Assembly: GCA_964580405.1 (NCBI GenBank)
Contig: CAZOKM010000001.1
Coordinates: forward strand, 1 to 42,410
Length of the DNA stretch: 42,410 nt
Source of the DNA: an uncultured Candidatus Bathyarchaeia archaeon
GTDB lineage: Archaea > Thermoproteota > Bathyarchaeia > Bathyarchaeales > DTEX01
Direction: 5' to 3'
The notes under the pieces: model-generated
Database searches by the model: none
What the model was told of the DNA's origin: nothing
Seen by the model: only the letters and a program-made list of their open reading frames with translations
Shown: piece by piece, positions 27,522 through 36,341 of the stretch
Layout of the letters: each line of letters begins with the position of its first letter
Numbering within the stretch: position 1 is the first letter of the stretch
Position numbers and translations under genes: made by a program

Positions 27522-28886
27522 CTAGGCATAGTCGTTGTATATCGTGGCGAAGAGTTTAATCCCCTTCAGGTACTGCTCCTTCGTTATGTACTCGTTTGGC
27601 CTGTGAGCCAAGTGGATGTAGCCGGAGCCTGCGAAAGCCATGGGCTTGCCCAGAATGTAGGGTAGCCAGACAAGTGCCCCTGACCCGGGCATTATCGGCA
27701 TCACCATCGTCTTTTCGCTCACGACTTTCTTCATGCAGCTATCTACGACCTGGATGATTCTCTCGTGCGGGTCCACCTTGTAGAAGGGGGCGTTGAACCC
27801 CGTCTTCTCGACAATGACATCGTCGAAGCCTTTGGCTGCCAAATGCGCCTTTAAGTTCTCGAGAATATTCGATGGGTCTTGGTTTGGCACTATCCTTATG
27901 TCGATGTGCGCCCAGGCCTTTCCCGGCACTATCGTCTTCATTCCGCTCTCCACGGTGTAGCCGCTGCACAGCCCGTTGATGTTCAGCGTTGGCCTGTAAT
28001 AGACTTCAAGCAACGCGTCCGAAGCACTCATTCCTTTTTTCATCTTCAGGTCGAATGCTTCCTCAATTTCCTCTCTGCTCATGCTGTTCGGGGAGATGCC
28101 ATACTTCTTTTTCTCCGATTGGCTAGGCTCTTCCACGTCGTCGTAGAAGTGGGGGACAAGCACCTTCTCGCCGTTCTTCAAGGACCCAAGGGCGGAAACC
28201 AGCCTCCAGGCGGGGTTGTCGGTGATTCCGGCGTACATGCTGTGGGTGTCGGTTCCTGTCGGCGACCTGACGGACAGCTCGACTGAAAGCATCCCCTTCA
28301 GGCCGTACACGAGGAGGCTCTGGCCCATCCTGTTCTCTCCGCTCCCGTCCCCGCAGATGATGGCGTCGCAGGACGAGAGCTCCTTCTTGTGTTCTTCGGT
28401 AAATTGCTTAAGGTTTGGGCTTCCGATTTCCTCCTCGCCCTCGAAAAGAAAAACCAAGTTGATCGGCAGACGCTTCCTGCAATGAAGAATCGCCTTGATT
28501 ACTTGTATGCTTGCCACGAGGTTGTTCTTCATGTCGCATGTTCCCCTGCCGACGATGCGGTCGCCCACGACTTCGGCAGCGAAGGGGTCAACCGACCAAT
28601 CTTTTCTGTCTCCGGAGGGCTGAACGTCGTAGTGACCGTAGACAAGTAGCGTCCGCTTGGCATCTTTACCCACTCTTCCTAGAATGATGGGGTGCCTTTG
28701 CGTCTTGAAGGTCTGGACGTCCTCCACTCCATTTTCCTTCATGCTCTTGACGAGCCAACTGGCCATCTCCCCGATTCCAGTGTTCTCGGTGCTGACGCCC
28801 GGCTTGCGGATAGCTTCCCTGAACTCCTCCAGGAAGGAGTCGAAATTCTCTTCGATGTACTTATAAACTTTCTCCAATCCGTTCAC
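27522..28886 (-). CDS. M20-family metallopeptidase / deacylase (ArgE/DapE/CPG2-like)
   Basis: Motifs HYDVQP, GRGTCDMKNN and EGEEEIGS, with a dimerisation-domain insert. 454 aa. Confidence 0.8.
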   Translation of the reverse strand: MNGLEKVYKYIEENFDSFLEEFREAIRKPGVSTENTGIGEMASWLVKSMKENGVEDVQTFKTQRHPIILGRVGKDAKRTLLVYGHYDVQPSGDRKDWSVDPFAAEVVGDRIVGRGTCDMKNNLVASIQVIKAILHCRKRLPINLVFLFEGEEEIGSPNLKQFTEEHKKELSSCDAIICGDGSGENRMGQSLLVYGLKGMLSVELSVRSPTGTDTHSMYAGITDNPAWRLVSALGSLKNGEKVLVPHFYDDVEEPSQSEKKKYGISPNSMSREEIEEAFDLKMKKGMSASDALLEVYYRPTLNINGLCSGYTVESGMKTIVPGKAWAHIDIRIVPNQDPSNILENLKAHLAAKGFDDVIVEKTGFNAPFYKVDPHERIIQVVDSCMKKVVSEKTMVMPIMPGSGALVWLPYILGKPMAFAGSGYIHLAHRPNEYITKEQYLKGIKLFATIYNDYA

Positions 28887-28962
28887 GCAAGAATACGCTT
28901 TTTGTTTATGATATTATGATTTTCGCTTTGATTATTTGTTCTGTGTCTTTCAGGAAGAATTT

Positions 28963-31575
28963 TTAGAATTCGAGCGTGACTTCAGCACTTCCCTTAAAGG
29001 ATTTTATCGTTACCGTTTCGGCTTGGGCGTCGTAGGTTCCGCCTTCAACTTTGGTTGCCTTTCTGCCTTGCGGGTGGGGGAGGCGGAGTTCGATGCGTTT
29101 CGACCGTCTCTCCGAGGAGCATTCTATTTTGGCCACGATTCGGCCTTGGTTCAGCTCCGACTTGACCTTGAGCGATACGGGTCCGAAGTAGCTGGCGACC
29201 TCGTTCAATTCTATACATTTGCCATTTTTCATCCATTCTCGAGGGATTCCCGAAAGGAGCTTCAGCGTCTCGCCCTGTTCAGTCCACAGCATCCACCGGG
29301 TCTGCATGAGGAACCAGCCCTCCTCGTGCGTCTTGTGCGGGCTGCCGGTGCCTGGGTAGTGCTCCCAGAACGAGTAAGTCTCTTGGTCAGCGAGGCTGGC
29401 GAGGCTGTTGTAGTACGCCTTGAGGAAGGCTTTGACTTCGCCGCGCCTGAGGTGAACCCACGGGTGCCGGCTGTAATAGGGTTGACTCAGCGCCACGTTC
29501 CGCTCGTGCATCAGCTCCGCGCAGCAGTTCAGCATGTGGTCCGCTGCCTCCTCTTCGGGGTCGATGACCTCCTGAAAGACCAGGTTGAGCGGTCCGAGGA
29601 GCGAGTCCCTGCAGTAGAAGGTCAAGTGGGAGAACCAGTTGCCCCTGTCGGCGTAAAGCGACATGAGGCCTCGGACTTCCGCCCAGGGAGGCGCGGTCGG
29701 GCACCAAGTTCCGTCGCCAAGGGGCACAACGGGAGATCTAGCCACCGCGTCGAAGAATGCCGTGCGGATGTCGCTTTTCAGCTCCTCAGCTTCCTTCCTT
29801 AGCCTCTCTGATTGTTCGGGGTCTGTTTTAAAAAGCATCTCCGCTGCGCGGCTCAGGCCGAGGTATGCGTAGCCGTTCAGCATAAACTGGTGGTACGGGT
29901 CGTTGGGGTCGGCGACCTGCCCCTCGATTGTCCCGTAGCCTTTCCCGCGTAGTGCTTCGTCTTTGTTCCTTTCGCAGCAGCGGACGATGTATTCGCATGA
30001 CCTCAGCATCTTCGGAGCAATGTCCTTTACCCACTCGTCGTCACGAGTGTAGCGGTAGTGCTCCCCCATGCTCCACGTAGCTGCACCCGTCTCCAGCATG
30101 TAGTTGTCGAAGTTCTGCATGAAGCCATCCTCATGCTGCTTGTCAAGGAAATACGTTAAGGAACGCCGGGCCAAGTTGTGCCAGCCAATGGAGTCTATGA
30201 ACTGGATGATGGGGGCGCTTTCCGAGCCAATAGGCGAGTAGAAGCCGATTGTAGGCGCCACCGTACCTTCGGGTTCCAGCCCGTAGGTCACGAGGTCCAG
30301 ATGCAGCAGTCCAGCCCTGACCATCTCGTTTATCCGCTTCTCGGGAAGCTTCATAGTCGCAGCGGACTCCATCTTCTGATTCCAGAACTTGCGGCACTCC
30401 TGATGGCGGGCTTCGAAGTCTTGCTGGATCAGCTGTAAAGCGCGTTCTTTCGGAATCGGGCGGTGAGGCAGATAAAAGTCGAGGACAGCCTTCTTATCTG
30501 GTTTGAGCAGGATGGCAATTTCTTCTTGCGGTAATGGTTTGCCGTTGATTTTGGAGACGCAGAAAACGCGTCCACTATCGTAGACTCCGAACCCCTCTTT
30601 TCCGTCAAACGAATACTTTGGCTGCTGACTCGACGTGGGGTGGACGCTTCTGAACCACGCGTAACGCGGCACGGAGGATTTGTTCGTCGCCTCGATTCGG
30701 TAGAACAGAACCGTTTCTTCGTCGCGGTTCATTTCTTCGGGCTGGAGCTTCTGGAACTCCTTCTCCTGCTCTTCAGTGAATGTGTGGCCGAACGCGTTCC
30801 CGTCTGCGACAAGGAAGTGCGTGCCCCGAAGGTTCTTCAGCGTGAGCTTAGTTCTCTCGAGGGTGACGAACGCTGTAACGTTGTAGTCGACGTCTTCGTC
30901 GGTAATCGTTCCGTGTAGAATTGGTAGAACGCTGTCTTCCAGTCTTCTGGACACGTTGTCGACGCATCCGATGCCTCGCCCAATCAGGAACTGGTAGCAG
31001 ACAGGATTGTTGTTCGACTCGGGAAGCGAGACCAGCGGACCGTGAAACCGCGGCTTAATCCAATCCAGCCTTCCTCCCCGGAAGCCGACCTCGAAGACGC
31101 GTATGTCGCGGCTTAGCCCCAACCACGTTGGGCACTGGAGCCTCCTCGTGTTAGCCGCCGCCTTTTCGTAGCTTTCCTCGTCCTCGTTCTGGATTTGCTG
31201 CAGCTTGGTCCTCAGCCCTTTTTTGCGTATGGCGCCTTCGATCTGCGCGTAGGAACGTTCGTCGTCCTCGTCAGTGACGACCACTCCGCAGTATGGAACG
31301 AAGATTGGATACTCCTCGCTTACATCCCTCAAGAAGAAGCTGAAGGGGTTCGCGACTGTTCGGACGGTGACTATCGTTGCCTCGGACCCGAAATTGAGGT
31401 TGTGCTCTTTTACGGCAACATCAAGTCTGCATGAACCGTGAGATGAGAATGCGAAGCTGCCTCCCGATACAGTGCCTTTGCCCTTTTGGACCCTGATTTT
31501 TCCGAGTTTACCATAATCTATTTCCAGTTTTCCCTTAGGACTGCCGTCCTTCCACTCGATTGCTACGTTTTTCAT
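28963..31575 (-). CDS. large uncharacterised protein (870 aa), possibly with a C-terminal (alpha/alpha)6 glycosidase-like domain
   Basis: Single uninterrupted ORF with backbone composition. The Trp/Tyr-rich helical C-terminal half (YYSRHPWVHLRRGEVKAFLKAYYNSL...HEEGWFLMQTRWML) resembles six-hairpin glycosidase-like proteins. The assignment is tentative. Confidence 0.6.
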   Translation of the reverse strand: MKNVAIEWKDGSPKGKLEIDYGKLGKIRVQKGKGTVSGGSFAFSSHGSCRLDVAVKEHNLNFGSEATIVTVRTVANPFSFFLRDVSEEYPIFVPYCGVVVTDEDDERSYAQIEGAIRKKGLRTKLQQIQNEDEESYEKAAANTRRLQCPTWLGLSRDIRVFEVGFRGGRLDWIKPRFHGPLVSLPESNNNPVCYQFLIGRGIGCVDNVSRRLEDSVLPILHGTITDEDVDYNVTAFVTLERTKLTLKNLRGTHFLVADGNAFGHTFTEEQEKEFQKLQPEEMNRDEETVLFYRIEATNKSSVPRYAWFRSVHPTSSQQPKYSFDGKEGFGVYDSGRVFCVSKINGKPLPQEEIAILLKPDKKAVLDFYLPHRPIPKERALQLIQQDFEARHQECRKFWNQKMESAATMKLPEKRINEMVRAGLLHLDLVTYGLEPEGTVAPTIGFYSPIGSESAPIIQFIDSIGWHNLARRSLTYFLDKQHEDGFMQNFDNYMLETGAATWSMGEHYRYTRDDEWVKDIAPKMLRSCEYIVRCCERNKDEALRGKGYGTIEGQVADPNDPYHQFMLNGYAYLGLSRAAEMLFKTDPEQSERLRKEAEELKSDIRTAFFDAVARSPVVPLGDGTWCPTAPPWAEVRGLMSLYADRGNWFSHLTFYCRDSLLGPLNLVFQEVIDPEEEAADHMLNCCAELMHERNVALSQPYYSRHPWVHLRRGEVKAFLKAYYNSLASLADQETYSFWEHYPGTGSPHKTHEEGWFLMQTRWMLWTEQGETLKLLSGIPREWMKNGKCIELNEVASYFGPVSLKVKSELNQGRIVAKIECSSERRSKRIELRLPHPQGRKATKVEGGTYDAQAETVTIKSFKGSAEVTLEF

Positions 31576-31703
31576 GTTGACAAATCCTTGAATTACGTTT
31601 CGAGCCGCAATAAGAAATATCGACTATTAGAAATAAGATTTTGGTATAAATTTAATTGCCACCGAATAATGCAGCCTCAGCAACGAAAATTATCTTTTGG
31701 GCA

Positions 31704-32015
31704 TCACATTTTCGGTCCGAAGGGGCAGGATGAGTCAGGCTTCAGCCAGTCCCCGTTGACCACGTACGCCGTGTACCTGCATCCGCCGCACAGTTCGCTG
31801 TACAGGCATTTATTGCAGGCTCCCTTCATCGATTTCCTGTCCCTGATGTAGTTGAGCAGTTCGTTGCCGACCCAGATGTCCTCCAGTTTCTGGTCGAGAA
31901 GGTTTCCCAGCTTTATCGGGGCTGGAACGCACGGCAGCAAGTCCCCCGAAGCAGTGAGCCCAGCGTAAGTTATGCCTGCGGAGCATCCGCCGAATCCTGA
32001 CGCGAACTTGTTCAC
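31704..32015 (-). CDS. SPASM (auxiliary 4Fe-4S) domain, in frame with the upstream radical SAM ORF
   Basis: GGCSAG...GDLLPC...GNL...IW...CNKC...CGGCR...SCPFG. The track start is GTG at 32015, 10 codons after the in-frame TAG. Confidence 0.75.
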   Translation of the reverse strand: MNKFASGFGGCSAGITYAGLTASGDLLPCVPAPIKLGNLLDQKLEDIWVGNELLNYIRDRKSMKGACNKCLYSELCGGCRYTAYVVNGDWLKPDSSCPFGPKM

Positions 32016-32045
32016 AATTTTTGGAATTTCCTGCCCAAACTTATC

Positions 32046-33164
32046 CTAGAACATTTTTTCGTAACCCGACAGGGCTTCGCTGACCGTGAACAAGCTACCT
32101 TCTGACCTTTCGTGGCAAACTCGGGCGTAATATGTCATCCCTCGGGCGTAGCATTGTATCCCCGAGCCCTTGAGTATGCCCTCGTGGAATTTGGTGTAAA
32201 GCGTTTCCAGCGCTCTAGCCTTTTCCTGCGGCGTCACGTCAAGGTAAAGTGCGTCTGCCCCTCGGCCTGCGGGGATGAGTCGGTTGAGGTAGAACCTTGT
32301 CGCCCCGAGTTTCTCCGCCAAGGCGATGGTGGCGTCCAGTTCGTTGACGTTTTTCGAGTGAAGAGTCATCGTGACCGCGAGCTCATCGAAGCCGATCTCA
32401 GCGCAGTTCCTTATGCCCCGAACCGTTGAGTCGAAGCTGCCCTTCTTGTTTCTCAAGAAATCGTGCGTTCCAGCACAAGATCCGTCAAGCCCAATCTCCA
32501 CCCGTCGGATGCCAGCAGCTGAGAGATTTTCAGCGGTCTCATTGGTCATGAGGGTGCCGTTGGAGGCGATTGTGCAGAGCATGCCTTTGTCGGTTGCCCG
32601 TTCGATGGCTTCGAACAGGTCTTCGCGGAGCAGGGGTTCGCCGCCGGAAAAGGTCAGAATCGCCACTCCCGCGTCGCTCATGTTGTCTATCACTCTGAAA
32701 ACCTGAGGAGTCGTAAGTTCGGGATAAGTGGACGTCGGCGACGAATCCTGGTGGCAGTGCAGGCAGTTCAAGTTGCATCTGTTCGTGAAGTTCCACACGA
32801 TCGTGACCGGCGCCCCCGTGGACTGAGGAAACTTCACCCCGAAACTGGCTATCCCCTTCACCACATTGAGCATGCATCTACGGATGAGGGCGTCCTCGAG
32901 TAGGTCTTTCACAGTCTCTTCCTCAACTCCGAGATGTAAGAAAATGAGGCGAATCAGTGGAGAAAGAGCCGCCGTTTCCAACAGGCAATTTGGGCACACG
33001 GTGTTACCGGATGAATACTGGTCGAAGATTGAGAGCAGCTTTTCTTTCCCGCAATTTTCGCACTTGCCTGATAGATGTTGCGCGAGGGCTTTCCACAGGG
33101 GGTTGAAGGTTCGGGAAAAATAGTGGTTACTTCTGCGGATTTTTGTTGCTGCCTGTTCACTCAT
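32046..33164 (-). CDS. radical SAM enzyme core with N-terminal CxxC...CxxC segment; terminated by TAG at 32048-32046
   Basis: CENCGK...CPNC, FTNRCNLNCLHC (CxxxCxxC), FSGGEPLL. The SPASM domain expected after the barrel is encoded downstream in the same frame. Confidence 0.8.
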   Translation of the reverse strand: MSEQAATKIRRSNHYFSRTFNPLWKALAQHLSGKCENCGKEKLLSIFDQYSSGNTVCPNCLLETAALSPLIRLIFLHLGVEEETVKDLLEDALIRRCMLNVVKGIASFGVKFPQSTGAPVTIVWNFTNRCNLNCLHCHQDSSPTSTYPELTTPQVFRVIDNMSDAGVAILTFSGGEPLLREDLFEAIERATDKGMLCTIASNGTLMTNETAENLSAAGIRRVEIGLDGSCAGTHDFLRNKKGSFDSTVRGIRNCAEIGFDELAVTMTLHSKNVNELDATIALAEKLGATRFYLNRLIPAGRGADALYLDVTPQEKARALETLYTKFHEGILKGSGIQCYARGMTYYARVCHERSEGSLFTVSEALSGYEKMF

Positions 33165-33240
33165 CTTTTTCTCGACTAATAGAATAGCGAGTATTACTTA
33201 AGCGTATTAATAAAAAGCAGAATTTCTGGGATTATCTTGT

Positions 33241-33690
33241 TTACGCCATCTCGTTCTTGTAGGAGTCGGCGCAGTGGCTGCAGCAGAAGGTCGTTTCTTT
33301 TTCGCCTATTTTCTCGGTGTATCCGCCCTCGTAGACCTTGCACCCGCAGTGGTGGCAGACGACTAAATTGGGTTCGAGAGCTGCTGAAATCAGCGTCGCG
33401 AACCGTTTGAAGAGCCTTTCGCAGAACTGCGTGCCCGTTTCGGTGAGTTCGTAAACCTTCCGTTTCTTCTTGCCAACGGGCAACAGTCTGTGCTTTACCA
33501 TGCCTTGTTTTTCAAGGTCTCGCAGGAACGGGTAGACGAGGCTTGGGGTGATGTTCTTTCCGAGTCTTTCTTTGAACTTGCTGATTATCGCGTAGCCGTG
33601 GGATGGGCTTTCGTAGAGGATTGTGAGTATGTAGAACCTCGAGAAGTCCGATATCGTTTCCTCGATTCTTTCTGTGGTCATATGTTGCAT
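33241..33690 (-). CDS. PadR-family winged-helix regulator fused to a C-terminal TRASH-type metal-binding domain
   Basis: PadR block ILTILYESPSHGYAIISKF...VYPFLRDLEKQGMV. C-terminal CHHC-x20-CCSHC matches the TRASH pattern C-x2-C-x19-22-C-x3-C. Alternative ATG at 33681. Confidence 0.75.
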   Translation of the reverse strand: MQHMTTERIEETISDFSRFYILTILYESPSHGYAIISKFKERLGKNITPSLVYPFLRDLEKQGMVKHRLLPVGKKKRKVYELTETGTQFCERLFKRFATLISAALEPNLVVCHHCGCKVYEGGYTEKIGEKETTFCCSHCADSYKNEMA

Positions 33691-33699
33691 CAACAGATA

Positions 33700-33714
33700 T
33701 ATCTTTTAAAGATA
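33700..33714. promoter_or_regulatory. perfect 15-nt palindrome TATCTTT-T-AAAGATA in the divergent regulator/ATPase intergenic region
   Basis: Every position was checked for complementarity. It overlaps a TTTAAA box and is followed by TTTATATA (33717-33724), which lies about 20 nt upstream of the ATPase ATG. Confidence 0.5.
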
Positions 33715-33740
33715 CATTTATATATTTCGGCGACGCAGTC

Positions 33741-35948
33741 ATGGATGGAAGAGGGATTCTAATGAGCCACCAACACCAAGACACGAGCGGTCACGAAGGA
33801 CACGACGGGCATGGCGGAGCATCCCACATGGGTCACGCCCACCACATGGCAGAGTTCAAGAAGAAGCTCTGGGTCTCGCTCGCGCTCACGGTTCCGATTC
33901 TGCTGCTTTCGGAGATGATTCAACAATGGTTCAACTTCACTCTTACAATTCCGTTCCAGAAGGAAGTTTTGCTTCTGCTCTCGTTAACGGTCTACGTTTA
34001 CGGGGGACTGCCGTTCATCAAGGGGCTGCTTCAGGAGGTCGGAGACCGCCTGCCGGGGATGATGACTTTGATAGGCACCGCGATTTCGGTGGCCTTCTTC
34101 TACTCCGCCGGCACGATTCTGGCGCCCACGGTGATGATGGGAAAGGACTTCTTTTGGGAGCTGGCGACTCTCATCGACGTGATGCTGCTTGGGCATTGGA
34201 TTGAAGCCAGAAGCGTCCTCGGCGCCTCGAGAGCTCTGGAAGAACTCGTCAGAATCATGCCTACGACGGCTCATCTCATCAAGGATGATGAAGTTGTGGA
34301 CGTGCCCATTTCGCAGCTGAAGCCCGGCAACTATGTTCTGGTCCGTCCCGGCGAGAAGGTTCCCTCGGACGGCGAGGTTGCTGACGGAGAATCGTCTGTG
34401 AACGAGGCGCTTCTGACGGGCGAATCGAAGCCTGTCCGCAAGGAGGTAGGCGCACCAGTCATTGGCGGCGCCATCAACGGCGAAGGAGCCCTGAAGGTCA
34501 AAATTACGAAAATCGGTGAGGAAACCTACGTTGCCCAAGTAATCAAGCTCGTGGAGCAGGCGCAGGAAAGCAAGTCGAGGACTCAGGATTTGGCGAACAG
34601 GGCTGCGGCGCTGCTGTTTTACGTTGCTCTTGCGTCTGGAATAACAACCTATGTTGCGTGGTTCATGCTGGGGCAGTCGGATTTCGCGTTGGAAAGGGCT
34701 GTGACTGTGCTTGTTATTGCTTGCCCTCACGCGCTGGGTCTGGCCATTCCTCTCGTGGTCGCGCTTTCGACGTCGATTACGGCTAAGAGCGGCATTCTAA
34801 TTCGCGACCGGAGGGCTTTCGAGATGGTGAAGGATGTGGACGCGGTTGTCTTCGACAAGACGGGCACGCTGACGGAGGGCAGATTCGGCGTAACCGACGT
34901 GGTTTCCTTCTTGCCAGAAAATGAACTTCTAAGGGTCTCCGCAGCTGTTGAGCTGAATTCCGAGCACACGATTGCCGCAGCGATTGTCGAGTATGCACGC
35001 AAAAACAAAGTAGCCGTGCCCAATGCCGAGGGGTTCAAGGCCATTCCGGGACTCGGCGTCTACAGCAAAGTTAATGGTAAAGAAGTTTACGTCGGAAGTC
35101 TAGGTCTGCTTGATGAACTCGGTATTGTTGCTCAAAGCCAAGAAGTTGCAGCTCTTCAGGAGCAGGGGAAGACGGTCGTCTTCACGGTTGTCGACGGAAA
35201 GCTCGCTGGAGCCTTCGGCCTCTCCGACGTGGTTAGGCGGGAATCGTTCGAAGCCGTCAAGGAACTCAAGAGGAATGGCGTGAAGGTCTACATGCTCACT
35301 GGGGACTCCGACGCGGTCGCACGGAGCGTTTCGAAGGAGCTCGGCATCGACGACTACTTCGCTCAGGTTTTACCCAGTCAGAAGGCTGAGAAGGTTAAGC
35401 TCCTTCAGTCCGGAGGGCTTAAGGTCGCGATGGTTGGCGACGGCGTCAACGACGCTCCCGCTTTGGTTACGGCTGATGTGGGGGTTGCGATTGGCGCTGG
35501 GACCGACGTTGCGGTTGAAAGCGCGGACATTGTTCTCGTCAGGAACGACCCGAGGGACGTTGTGAAGGTGGCGGACCTTTCGCGGAAGACGTATTCGAAG
35601 ATGGTTCAGAACCTCTGGTGGGCGGCGGGCTACAATGCCTTCGCGATTCCGCTTGCCGCAGGCGTCTTCGCTGGCCTTGGTGTGGTGATTAGTCCAGCTG
35701 TGGGCGCTGTGTTGATGTCGCTGAGCACGGTCATCGTGGCTTTCAACAGCCAGACGCTGAGGAGGTACGAGCCTGAGGGAGCCAAGTCGTTGAAAGCTGA
35801 GCCCGCGTTGAAGGACCCTGTATGCGGAATGGACGTTGACCCCTCAACGGAGCACAAGACGGACTACGACGGCAAAACGTACTATTTCTGCTCAGCGCAC
35901 TGCAGGGAAGCCTTCGAGTCCAACCCTCGGAAGTACGCTGAAAAGTAG
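33741..35948 (+). CDS. copB: CopB-type (P1B-3) copper-translocating P-type ATPase with His-rich N-terminus and C-terminal YHS/TRASH domain
   Basis: His-rich N-terminus SHQHQDTSGHEGHDGHGGASHMGHAHH. TM motif CPH (IACPHALGLA), DKTGT, GDGVNDAP. C-terminal DPVCGMDV...YYFCSAHCREAFESNP. Confidence 0.85.
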   Translation: MDGRGILMSHQHQDTSGHEGHDGHGGASHMGHAHHMAEFKKKLWVSLALTVPILLLSEMIQQWFNFTLTIPFQKEVLLLLSLTVYVYGGLPFIKGLLQEVGDRLPGMMTLIGTAISVAFFYSAGTILAPTVMMGKDFFWELATLIDVMLLGHWIEARSVLGASRALEELVRIMPTTAHLIKDDEVVDVPISQLKPGNYVLVRPGEKVPSDGEVADGESSVNEALLTGESKPVRKEVGAPVIGGAINGEGALKVKITKIGEETYVAQVIKLVEQAQESKSRTQDLANRAAALLFYVALASGITTYVAWFMLGQSDFALERAVTVLVIACPHALGLAIPLVVALSTSITAKSGILIRDRRAFEMVKDVDAVVFDKTGTLTEGRFGVTDVVSFLPENELLRVSAAVELNSEHTIAAAIVEYARKNKVAVPNAEGFKAIPGLGVYSKVNGKEVYVGSLGLLDELGIVAQSQEVAALQEQGKTVVFTVVDGKLAGAFGLSDVVRRESFEAVKELKRNGVKVYMLTGDSDAVARSVSKELGIDDYFAQVLPSQKAEKVKLLQSGGLKVAMVGDGVNDAPALVTADVGVAIGAGTDVAVESADIVLVRNDPRDVVKVADLSRKTYSKMVQNLWWAAGYNAFAIPLAAGVFAGLGVVISPAVGAVLMSLSTVIVAFNSQTLRRYEPEGAKSLKAEPALKDPVCGMDVDPSTEHKTDYDGKTYYFCSAHCREAFESNPRKYAEK

Positions 35949-35954
35949 CTCAGG

Positions 35955-36266
35955 TTATCCGCCGTGGATTACGGGGATGAAGACGACTTCGTCGCCGTCC
36001 TTCAGCTCGGTTTTCAGCCCCTTCAGCAGCCCGATTTCGACGCCGTTCACGAGGATAACCGAGTTAGGTAGCGGAGTGTCCAGTTCAGGATCAACTAGCA
36101 CCTGCTTAAGGTTCGGAGACGCCTCGCATAACTTCTCCACAGCGGTCTCGAGGCTGTCTTTGATTCGGATTTCGAGTTGGGTTTGACCTTCGCCGTGGGC
36201 CTTTTTGAAGATTCCAAGTAACTTTACAGTTACTTTGGTATGGTTTTTGGGGGCTTTTATTGGCAT
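35955..36266 (-). CDS. MoaD/ThiS-family ubiquitin-like small modifier (SAMP-like), C-terminal GG
   Basis: 103 aa ending in ...DGDEVVFIPVIHGG. Confidence 0.7.
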   Translation of the reverse strand: MPIKAPKNHTKVTVKLLGIFKKAHGEGQTQLEIRIKDSLETAVEKLCEASPNLKQVLVDPELDTPLPNSVILVNGVEIGLLKGLKTELKDGDEVVFIPVIHGG

Positions 36267-36341
36267 CGTTCTTCAACGTTTTTCTTTATGAAGCCGTATT
36301 AATGTTTAGCTAGGTAAGCAACGTTTCGGGAACCGGCGAAA

